NCBI RefSeq assembly: GCF_009914755.1
Contig: NC_060942.1
Strand: one strand, 5' to 3'
DNA length: 64,000 bases
Source of the DNA: the human T2T-CHM13v2.0 reference genome, Homo sapiens
The notes under the pieces: model-generated
Told to the model about the DNA's origin: nothing
Seen by the model: only the letters and a program-made list of their open reading frames with translations
Database searches by the model: none
Shown: piece by piece, positions 39,011 through 51,938 of the stretch
Layout of the letters: each line of letters starts with the position of its first letter
Numbering within the stretch: the stretch's first letter is position 1
Translations under genes and position numbers: made by a program

Positions 39011-40559
39011 TTAGCGTCGAGTTTTCCTTCAGCCAATGGCAGAGCTTATCCTCGTATTCACTGCTTAGGACTCTGACTCATGTGTTCTTTCAACAGAATT
39101 CTGATTGCTAAGCAGCTGAGATGGGTAGAAGTGAAGGTAACTAGTGCTAACGCCCTCCCAGCATCTCCAATATAAATGCATTCACAGCCGTGATGCTGTG
39201 GTTTATGGCTGCTCAGAACTTGCTCACATTTCCAAGTCTTCATTTCACCCTTGGAGAACTCCATTCAGGACATGTGTGTAGAACTCCATGGAGCTTACAA
39301 CCAATGATTTGGGATGTCCCAAACCACACAGAAGCATACAGAAGTGCAGGTGAGATATCACTGTGGGCTGTGCATATTCACAGGATTGCAAGAGCTGCCA
39401 CATTGAAACCAGATAGAAAGAGCCTGGTATTGGCATGAACTAGTGGCTACAAATACATCTCCAAACTGGGGCACTTTGGGTAACCTCACTTGAGCTTTAA
39501 ATGGTCTCAAAAATCATCATTGCCATTGTTGTCATCATCATCTTCACCTTCACCACCCTGGCTGAATTTTTAGGAGACCAGTAAATAACACTCCTGCTTT
39601 CTCTTTCTGAGTTTAGATCGAATAGAAATAAGACACAAAAATGAGAGTCTTTTTAAAAATCAGCTTTATTGGTAAAGCTGATTCCCCCCAAGCTGAGCTT
39701 CCCCGCCTAAATCTGCAGTCCAATTCTTTCTTCACCCGTCACAGGGAGGCGGGAAGGAGTTACTCCAAAGAGCACTTCCAATAAACCTCCACATGTAAAT
39801 TTTGGCTTCTCAGAATCTGTTTCCCAGGGAACCTAACCTAAGACACCCATTTACATGCCTCCCTTTACTCCACCTCTTCCCAGAACTGGCCTATTCTACA
39901 ATTAGAGACCTTCCTTTCCTAAGGAAAAATGTGCAAAATAAAATATCAACGTTCTCTAAGATCTGCTGTGAGAAGGTCAGATCAGAACAATGGACAGCCT
40001 CCAAAACCATCCTCCTTCCCATGCTTAATGACTGCCCACTGCTCCTCAGCTGCCTCCCTCTGGCTGGGCCTCTTCCTGCTCAGCATTCTAGAGCAGCCCC
40101 CCAGGCTCTCCTCTACCCACAGGGAAGAGCAGAACAGGAGACAGGAGGTCCTTGTTCCTTGATGGGCTGAAGAAGGATGTTCATGGTCCACTGTACCAAT
40201 GAGGCAACTAGTATCCCTTCAGAGAAGCAGTTGCACCTTCCAAACCCAATCTGGCCATCTAGCTACTCAGGATTGAGCTATGCTCAGGCATTTCTTCCAG
40301 GGACAGCTTTCAAAAACCACAAGTCTAAGAACAAAGAATGAGTTTGTACCTCCTGCACGCACCATGGAAAACCTTACACACAGAGAGAATGGACAGTAGC
40401 CTTTATGGAATATGAGATAAAAGTGCTACCTGCTCTGACATTGTGTCTAAAACCCCACCAACACAGAGTACTGGGGGGAGGGGGCATTGTCCTCTTTGGG
40501 TATTCACTTTTGTTTATCTTTCCTTTAAAGTACATCTCTTACATTTATATATATATATA

Positions 40560-40720
40560 TGCAACATTTTTTGTTGTCACAGCTGAAGAAGTGTTGCTGG
40601 CATCTAGAGGGTAGAGGCCAGGGATGCTACTAAATATCCTGTAATGCACAGGATGGCCACCCGCTACAAAGGTTCTCCACCCCCGAGTGTCAGTAGTCCA
40701 AGAATGAGACACTCTGCTCC
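40560..40720 (+). mobile_element. MER20 fragment
   Basis: TTGTTGTCACA..CTGGCATCTAG.GGGTAGAGGCCAGGGATGCT.CTAAA.ATCCT..AATGCACAGGA. Confidence 0.85.
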
Positions 40721-40859
40721 ATACCCATTTCCTTCTCTCATAGCAATGTTATCATTTCGTTTGTATGTGTTCACATAAAATCTGCATTGTAGGGTGCATG
40801 CATTTTCAATTTATGTAACTAGTATTATATTAGATTATCTCACGCTACCTTATGGTTTA

Positions 40860-41215
40860 TACTGTTTTTGAGGTCTGTTTATATTACTGTGTGCACTCTA
40901 ATGCATTGCTTCTGGGTTCTACATAGAAATCCACAGAATGCATCACCACATTGTTCCCATCCATCACCTCCAGAAAGGGATCCCCAGGTTGCCTCCTAGT
41001 CTCTACCATCATAAACTTTGCTACAGAGAACATCCTTGTGCATGTTCCAGTATGGCCCTGCATGAGAACATCTGTGGGGTAAATACCAGGAGTGGAATTG
41101 CTGGATATCAGGTAGGTGTATTGTAAACTTGACCAGATATTGACAGACATCTCTCCAGAAAGACTCTCCCAGTCCATACTGAAACCAGCAGGCCATGACG
41201 CTTTGTAGGTCCCTC
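40860..41215 (-). mobile_element. Old L1M fragment (ORF2 3' end)
   Basis: Minus ORF 40884-41177 (...TPGIYPTD...TCTRMFSVA...) resembles the L1 ORF2 C-terminus. Confidence 0.8.
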
Positions 41216-42094
41216 ATTTAAAAGGTACTCTTCTTGAAAATGCACATAACCTATATTAAGATTAGCATATTAAATCATTATTACCTTCCAGATGAATCCA
41301 TCAGACCATCTTCCTCACAGGAAGTAGCTTCAGTGGCCTGGGTGCCTAGGCTAGAAAGGCTTCAGGTAGGGGTTATAAGTAGAAAGAAAAGTGGGAGGAC
41401 CCAAAGACAGACCCTCTTCTGCCCTCCGGGAAAATTTTCTTCCCTCCTGAATTCGCTGCCATCCGTTTTAATGGATTGTTTGTGTCTTCCATTATTAAAC
41501 TTTCTTTTTAACTTTTATAACTTCAACTTGAAGGGTGTTTTCTTTTTCCATAAGCAGTCTCAGCCTAAATCAAGGGGAACAACCTAGAGAAACAGAAGCA
41601 CGCAGGGTTCAGACTTCTGAGAGGCGTTCATGCTCATCGCGGCACCGCTCCTGCTTCCTCAGTCATTCAGCTCGCCCGCGGGATCAATAAAGCGATCAAT
41701 AAAGCGATAGAACCACAAATAACACAGGCCTATCAGCAATATATTAGCAAAGAGTGTTTAAAAGCAACTTTTAAAGAAGATTCAATAACATTCGACTCCA
41801 AAGTTGGCCAACTCCAATGTCCTGAAGCTCAAGTTCATTCCTACCGAGTTAGCAAATGATGGACAACGAGCCTGACTGTCAGACAGATGGGCCTGGACTG
41901 CTGGGAAGGCCATCTGGGGATGCCAGAGGGGTTGGACCGACAACAGGGAGCCCCCTGGGAGGGTCTTATGCTCTTGATGGCAGTGCTTTTGAGGGCCAAA
42001 TGTCCTCAGAGGTGGGTCAGGACAAAATCTTCTCTAGAATAAACAGCTCCTTCAGGTAACAAAAGGGATTTTGCAAAACCCCATTACTTTCTAA

Positions 42095-42390
<296 letters not shown>

Positions 42391-42909
42391 TCTAATACAT
42401 TTTTCACCTCAGAACAAGGAGTAGCTACTAGGAAATCCCTTTTTATCCACTCTCATGGGTCATTAGGCAACTGAGCTGAGCCCTGGGGTTCCCAATGAGC
42501 ACCACCCCCCTGGGAGTTTCAGGCCAGAGACAGAACACCTGCTCTCTATGAGGTATTGGACTTGATGTTCAATCAGGCAAAAGGTAATATATATAAACTA
42601 CTACAACTGGGCCTCACACACAGTGTGAGCTCTACAAGTGATTGCTATTCTTATTGTTGATCATCATAATTGTCATCATGATTATTAGATTCTGAGGATT
42701 CAAATGTACGTAAGACAAAGTCCTTTCTTTCAGGGAGTTTGTAGGTAAGTAGTGCAGAGACATATAAGAAACCATTAAAAAAATAAGCATGTAGAATAAT
42801 AATTGAAAGTTACAATAAGGGCAGTGGAAGAAACAAAGGCCTGGAAGAGAGAATTGGGATGATTCAGGGAATTGTAAATGGGATTAAGCTGTAAAAAAGA
42901 GGAAATGCT

Positions 42910-43420
42910 GCTGGGCACAGTGGCTCATGCCTGTAATCCCAGCACTTTAAGCTGCCAAGGCAGGAGGATCGCTTGAACCCAGGAGTTCAAGGTTACAGAG
43001 TGAGATCCTGTAAGCAAAGCAAAGCAAAGAAAAGAAAAAAGAAAAGAAGCAAAGAAAAGGAAATGGGAAAGGAGAGGAGGAAAGGAGACGGGGAGGGAAG
43101 GGGAAAAGCTGGGTCCCGTGGCTTACACCTGTAATCTCAACACTTTGGGAGGCCAAGGCAAGCAGATCACTTAAGCCAAGGAACTCCAGACTAGCCTAGG
43201 CAGCATAGTGAGACCCCATCTCTATAAATAATATAAAAATTGTCTGGGCATGATGGCACATGCCTGTAGTCCAAGCTACTCGGGAGGGTGAGGTGGGAGG
43301 ATTGCTTGAGTCCGGTAGGTCAAGACTTCAGTGAGCTGTGATCACACCACTGCACTCTAGCCTGGGTGACAGAGTGAGACCCTGTCTCGAAAAAAGTAAA
43401 TAAATAAAAGAAGAAGAAAT
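42910..43420 (+). mobile_element. FLAM-like monomer with an AluJ (~43108-43420) in its purine-rich tail
   Basis: Monomer 42910-~43015, GA-rich tail, then a dimeric AluJ; one TSD GAGGAAATGCT (42899-42909 / 43421-43431) encloses both. Confidence 0.85.
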
Positions 43421-43627
43421 GAGGAAATGCTATGGCCTATGGTAGCTTTGGGCTCTGTCCGCTTAGATCTTGAGTTCCCAGAATTTTCTTCCCTGATTAG
43501 TTGGGGGTTCATATGAACATAAGAGACATTTTGCACAAGAAACTGGAAATCAAAAGTAAATGAACTGGCTTTTTTTTTTTTTTTTTATCCTAGGAAGCAC
43601 AGTGCAGGGCACCGGTGACTGGTGCTG

Positions 43628-43795
43628 TCACAGATTACACGTGCTGTCCCCGATCCCCTTGTTGGTGCAGGGCAGCAGTCCACCCCGCAGCTCCTGCCCT
43701 TGCTCCTCCTTTAGCTGCTCCAAATCCTGGGCTGGTGACAGCAGCTCCATGAAGGGTGCCAGCTTTTTCTGCAGCACCAGCATCGTGAAAGTTGA
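43628..43795 (-). pseudogene. Candidate terminal coding exon of an unidentified minus-strand gene or pseudogene (55 codons plus stop)
   Basis: Acceptor CCTCACTGCCTCCTCCTGACAG, then an open phase-0 frame STFTMLVLQKKLAPFMELLSPAQDLEQLKEEQGQELRGGLLPCTNKGIGDSTCNL*; 42/55 codons end in G/C and 9/11 Leu codons are CTG. Not recognised as a known protein. Confidence 0.4.
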
Positions 43796-43914
43796 CTGTC
43801 AGGAGGAGGCAGTGAGGGACAGATGTGGATTCCAGCTCATCCGCGGAGTTCCCACTCATTTTTCTTCCCCCCAGTTCACATTCTTAGATTGCTTGTGCTT
43901 TTGCTGCCACACCT

Positions 43915-45270
<1,356 letters not shown>

Positions 45271-45617
45271 TGGGCTGTCTTTCTTCTTTTCCACTTTCTG
45301 TCCCACGTTTCCCATCTTTTCAAAATCTTCAGCTCAGCTCAATCCTAGACAGGGGCGAAGAGTTCATTTGCAGTGACACAGAGCTGCAAGCTGCTTCCCT
45401 TCCTCTCTTTGGCCTTGCCAAGCTTGGACTCAGGAGGAGCAGCCCCATCTTTGAGAAAAGTTACCTGTCTCTATATCTCCCGTTGCGATGGAGACAATAG
45501 TGTCAGAGTTCCTACAAAAGTCCCAATCTCAGCAGTTTGGTCCAGCATTCCCTAAATATGCTTCAATCCTCAACTCAGGAAGAAAAAGAAAAAGTTCATC
45601 AGATCATTAATGTGCAT

Positions 45618-45618
<1 letters not shown>

Positions 45619-45670
<52 letters not shown>
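45619..45670. repeat. (CA)n microsatellite, ~26 units
   Basis: Perfect CA run. Confidence 0.98.
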
Positions 45671-45672
<2 letters not shown>

Positions 45673-46739
45673 GTGTGATGTAGAGCAGACCCTCCGCAAA
45701 ATTCTGAAGCAGAAGGAATTTATCTTTGATGTCCTCTCTCTTGCCTTTTCAGGCTCTCCCTAGAGGTCCCCCATGAAAGCCCCCATCCTGGCCTGTTCTC
45801 CAGTAGCCCTGGATCTCTTTGCCTCTCCTCCTTCCTAAACTGGGAAACAATAACAAGCTAATTAGTAGCTGGGATTGCAAACTGTGTCCAGGACAGGCAG
45901 AGCGGGATGGAGACACCAAACTCTCTCTAGGGGAAGAAAGAGGCCAGGGAGTGTGGGTTGGCAAAAGCAATGATTTTTAATTCATTCACCTGTTATTTCT
46001 TGAGAACTTTGAAACTTTCCTACTTCTGTGCTTTCAACCTATAGAAAACGCAGTTATCATTGAACAGTGAAAAATTGATTCTGCTTCTAGGAGTTTCTAT
46101 TTAGCCAGGGGATCTAGAGGCAGCTTTAGATTTACATTTCTATCACTCCCTTTCCAAGCCTGATTAAGGTAACCTGTGCTTCCCAATTGCCCCGTTATTT
46201 TTCATAGTGGTTACCTTTGGCTTCTCACATTCCCAATCCAACTCCATTTTGGAAATACTAGTCATTTCTCAAAAACTTAGGCAACTTTTTCCCTGTGTGA
46301 AGTTTTAGAAAAAGGTTTATTTTCCCCTCTAGGCTTATTTTACTTGGCTGAAGTCATTGGAGACAACATAGACTTTGCATTTTTATCAGGCCTCTTTCAA
46401 ATGTGCTGGCACTGCAGTTGAATTCCAATGACTGCATTCAATGATTTGCAGTAGAGACTATCAAAAATGCCCACTTCCAAAGCTTTCCTGTTGAGAAAAG
46501 TCCAGACAGCACAGCATTTACTGTCTATTTATCCTCAAGATAAGTACTCTGTCGTCTTATTCTTTTCACAGATAATTATGAGCACTCTCATTTGGGCCCA
46601 ACATTTATGTTAACAGCCAAAAACACACAAAAAGTTTAAGATAATCCACTTTCCTTCAGAAGCTCGTAATCCAATTGGGAGTCAAGGTACACACATAATA
46701 TTGTTAAATAACATTCTAAAGTAGTGTGAATATGTCTGA

Positions 46740-47090
46740 AATAAGTACTCTAGGACTTACATATCTACAGTAGTCAACTTATGGGACAAGCCCTCATTCC
46801 AACAGTACTGCCATGGCTCAAAATGTGTACATTTGTTACAATTAATGAACCATCCAATTACAATTAATGAAAGATCCGATCAATGGACCTTTCATAGGGT
46901 TAACTCCAGTGCTCGTTTAACAATCGCAAAAGAAAACCAGCTTGTCTATTTCAATGTTAGAGCTTGGTTTTGTGGTTGCTTTTAATATTATAGCTTCCTA
47001 TTTGATCACCCACTTTCTAAAGCTTTGACTAGAAATGACTTTAAACTATAATCAAAATAATATCCATTCTCAAAGGAGTATTTTTCAACC
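46740..47090. mobile_element. Ancient mariner-type relic (MARNA-like)
   Basis: AGTAGTCA.CTT..GG...ATTCCAACA..ACTGCCAT.GCTCAAAA and TATTTGATCACCCA.....AATGACTTT...ATCCATTCTCAAAGGA; recognised from memory of the MARNA consensus. Confidence 0.5.
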
Positions 47091-47269
47091 TGTTTCATTC
47101 TCAATCCACCAGCCTCCTGCCATCTTGATTTCTATCCAGTCTAGAGCATGGAATTTAATCTCTAGTGACACTCTGCCCAAGCTCTTAACTCCTTTGCTTC
47201 TGTGGGCTTCCATTCCACACACATGGAAACACCCCAGCCTAGGATTCATTCCACTTTCTGCCTCCTTGG

Positions 47270-48010
47270 CTTTACACCCAGGTCCTCAGAAACTGGGAGT
47301 TCTCCTTGGCTTCTCTCTGTCCCTCATCCTTTACATGATTGGTGACAATTTCACTTGCTCAATATCTCTCAGATCTGCCTCTTTTTCTGTCCCTCTGCCA
47401 CTGCCCCGTCTCAAGGACCCTCATCCATCATTTCAATATTGGATCTTTAAAAAGTGTCTTGACTGATCTTTTTGCCTACAGGATGGTCTCTCTCCAAATC
47501 AGTGTCGACACTGCAGTCAGATCACTTTTTCTAAATCATTAATCTGATTTTGTCACTTCCTAAAACAATTCCAATAGTTCTCCAATAAACATTTTAGGAT
47601 AAAGTCCAAAGTCTTAGTGTGTCTCTCATGGCTTTTCTTGATCTGAAATCTGTCCATCAGCCTCACCTATTACCATCCAGCCTCCCACCCTAGAGCCACT
47701 GGCAGGTACCTACAGGCTCCATCCACTTGTTTGCCCCTAGCCCTTTATATACCCTCTTCCTTCTTTCTGGAATACTTTTCATTGGCTGATGAACTCCTAC
47801 TCACCTTTTAAGGCCTATGTCTGGATTGAAGGTCTCTCCTATGCCCTTCCATGATCCTTCCAGTTGGGGATCTACCCCTTGACTTGCTATCGTCCTCATT
47901 GCACTGTGAGTTGCTCTGAAGTAAGTGCTGAATTTTACTCCTTTTCATATCCCCAGAATCTAGCATGATGTCTTCCACATAACTGTACTCAAAAGTGTTT
48001 GCTGCATAAG
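47270..48010 (+). mobile_element. L2 3' fragment
   Basis: AAACTGGGAGTTCTCCTTG..TTCTCTCT, CTGATTTTGTCACTTCC, GGATAAAGTCCAAA, CTCCTACTCACCTTT, ATATCCCCAG.ATCTAGCA..A. Confidence 0.7.
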
Positions 48011-48054
48011 TAGAAGATTTGATGCCATGAGGACATTCAAAAGGAAAATAATAG

Positions 48055-48420
<366 letters not shown>

Positions 48421-50893
48421 GTATCTCATTTTAATTATTACAGGAAACTCTGAGAGAGGAACTATTGTTATCCTCCATTTCATAGATGGCTCACAAAGAG
48501 TTTAAGTAGCGTGTCCCAAGTCATAGTGGGCTGCAAGCTTTCAAAAGGCAATTCCAAGAGAAGAATTCCCAGGACCACCTTCTCTCCCTGGTAAGAGACT
48601 GCACCAATGACTGCATTATTGGTTACTGATGATGTCACGCTATTTGCAGCTCTTGCCATCAGGTACAAACAGCCCCTCAAGAGCACTGAAGTTATCATCT
48701 AAAATTACTTTTGCTGAGTGATGCTTCCCAGGACCTCCATTTGAGACAACAAAAGCAGCAAGGAAAGTTGAGAGTCGGGTAAAGATGATTCTTTCTAGAG
48801 TCAAGGTGACTAAGCCCCAGTTCATGACAGGCAATTTTCCAATTGATTCTTGCCTTTTGCTATATGAGCTGGATGATTGCCTCATTACAGAACCCTAAAC
48901 TTACTTTGCTCAGGCTTCCTGAGCACAAGGATGGGGGGGTAGGAAAGGCTTTGTCACAGTAGGGAACTTTCCACACTTGCCAGAGAAGATCAACATGAGA
49001 CAAAGGATGAGTATATATGTGCCACCTACCTTCTCACTCCCCTATGGTTATTTGATTTTCTGCAGATCTTAGAGCTCCAGAGAGCTGATTTTCTGACCAT
49101 TCAAGATGCCAGGATGATTTACTTACAGGTAAGTTGATAAATTCATCCTCCTGCTCTATGTCTGTAACAGGACTCGACGGTGACTGTACGTCAATGTATA
49201 AAGTTCAACAAGGAATTTTATGAACGTCAACAGGTCTCACGGCTTCTGCCCCAAGATTTTTCCTGACTCTGTCTACTGCCTTCTGACCTCATTTCCCCTC
49301 CCTCCTCATCAAACTTTAGGACATTCATCTTCTAGCTGGTCTTGTTCCTTTCTCATCTTCCCTCCCTTCCCCTAAGACATTATCCATACTACAGCTAAAA
49401 TTAAAATGACAAAGCACGGGTCTGATTATGGTGTTCCCTTGCTCTGAAAACCTGAAGTCTCTTCAGTTGGCTACAGAGTAGTGTAAACACCGTAAGTTGG
49501 CATCTTTCCTGCTTCCCAGCCTCCTATCCCACTTCCCTCTTTCTTGCTCCAGCCATGTGTCACCACTTACTTCTCCCCAAGAACTCCCATGCACTTTCCC
49601 AACTCCATGTTGGAAAATGCCTAGGAATATCCTTCTCTATCCCATCTGCCTGCTGAGGTACTCACTATCAGTAAACGAAGACTAGGTAGTTCAGATAAAT
49701 CCTTCCTCAGGAAATAATGAGGAAATCTGGATGAAATACAGAAATATTGTATTAAAAGCATCAACAACCTAATAAGATGGTGAAAAACTGCTAACCAAAG
49801 TGTGGGAGGGGCCAGGCACCTAGAGAGATAAACATCGCTTGGGGAAGCTTTCACCTGGGAGCCTGTACTGATGCAGAAGAGTTGAGATGCTGGGATGTGC
49901 TTTTGGCAGTCTCTCAAAAGTTAAGGGGACAAAAGATAGACTGGTGGCCTACCAATGGCTAGGATGCTTAAGGACTGCACCGCAGGCATTTAGATACCTG
50001 GAAGTAAATCAGTCCACATGCGGTCATCTGTTCAGCCAAGAAAGTGTCAAAACTTGAATGTGCATCAAGTTTGCTGCCCAAAACTGCTAGCATCCCCAAG
50101 GATTGTGGCAGAAACAAACAAACAAACATCTCTCCGGGGGAAGATAACATCATATGAGGTCATAAATATTTCTATAAACAGTCTTTCAAACACAATGCTC
50201 AGCACACAGTCAAAATAACCAAACTTCTCCAGGAGTGGGGCAAAACCAGAAACTAATATTAGTCTTTGATAACTCAAGGGTGCATATAGAGTAGCTTCTC
50301 ATGAATAGAAAATAAGAATGGAATACTTCTTAACTAATAAGGAAAAAAAATGGAACAATAGTATTAATAAACCCAAAAGAAGGCAAGAAATTAAAAAAAA
50401 AAGGGAACACAGAGCAGGGGGCACAAATTGAAGAGCTATTCATCATTCAAGGTGCAGCTCAGATATCCTCTTTTTCCCTAACAATCCCTTATCTCCTCCC
50501 ACCAGTCCAGTGCTCTCTTCATACTTTATTTCAATTTCTACCATACCGTTTATCCCATTGTGCTGTAATTAATTGTTCAAGTGTTTACTTTCCCAGTTGT
50601 ATTTTGCACACCTTGAAAGAAGGTGTTCTGCTTATTCATCTTTGTATCTTCAATGCATAGAACAGGGCTTGGCTCACAATACACATTCAACAAATACATA
50701 TTGAGGTAAATTTAGTTGAAATGAACTAACTAAAAAAATACTGAGGTGTGATGCTGGTGGAGCTGTCAGTGATTGTTCCTGCCTGCAGAGAGGAGCACAT
50801 GGCTCAAGGAGGCTATCACGTTACTTATTCCCCATATAGAGTATTAATACAAAGGCTTATGACCCAAGTGGTGCTAATCTTCCATAAAAATTA

Positions 50894-51195
<302 letters not shown>

Positions 51196-51259
51196 GATTT
51201 AATATACAAAGAAAATAAGAGATAATTAGATTTCCTTTTGTATCACACACTATACAAGT

Positions 51260-51522
51260 ATAAGCTTGGTGATTCCAGAAACCATCTTCCATCCCACATG
51301 GTGAAAGTCACATGAAAGTGGGGCAGTGCACAAAGCAAAACAGAACCAGAGTTGGTGAGAGAGACAAATCCCTGAAAACATTGAACCCCTGGATTCAGCT
51401 ATGACTGAACACATATCCACCTTGACTTCCTTGGCTAATAGCCGATAAACTCCTTCTGTTGCTTAAGCTAATTTGATTTGTGTTTCTTTGGCTTGGAACA
51501 AAAAAGAGTCCTGACAAATACA
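51260..51522 (+). mobile_element. MLT1-family LTR 3' part
   Basis: CCCCTGGATTCAGCT...GCC.ATAAA.TCC....GCTTAAGCTA.TTTG...AAAAGAGTCCTGACAAATACA. Confidence 0.6.
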
Positions 51523-51697
51523 AGAGACTTCTATGAGAAATTCTACATATGAAGGCTCTTGCACTAGTTTGTATTGGGATCGGCAACAAGGTATAGATGG
51601 TCAGAAGACACTGGAACACTGATAGATCTGACTGTAAGGAACATAAAAACTCAGTAACTCTGATTTTTTAGCCAACAGATTAGAATTCATGCATCCA

Positions 51698-51938
51698 TGT
51701 TCTCACTCATAGGTGGGAATTGAACAATGAGAACACATGGACACAGGAAGGGGAACATCACACTCTGGGGACAGTTGTGGGGTGGGGGGAGGGGGGAGGG
51801 ATAGCATTAGGAGATATACCTAATGCTAAACAATGAGTTAATGGGTGCAGCACACCAGCATGGCACATGTATACATTTGTAACTAACCTACACATTGTGC
51901 ACATGTACCCTAGAACTTAAAGTATAATAATAAAAAAA
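51698..51938 (+). mobile_element. Severely 5'-truncated L1 (L1PA3-like), 241 bp
   Basis: L1 3' UTR plus A-tail; 16-bp TSD AGAATTCATGCATCCA at 51682-51697 and 51939-51954. Confidence 0.95.

Noticed and set aside
48480-48885. Minus-strand ORFs of 72 and 81 aa in unique DNA
   Set aside because: No convincing acceptor/donor pair or codon bias.
50411-50424. CTCF-like AGAGCAGGGGGCAC (also CCACCAGGGGCAC near 7960)
   Set aside because: Each misses key consensus positions; not supportable without a PWM scan or ChIP data.
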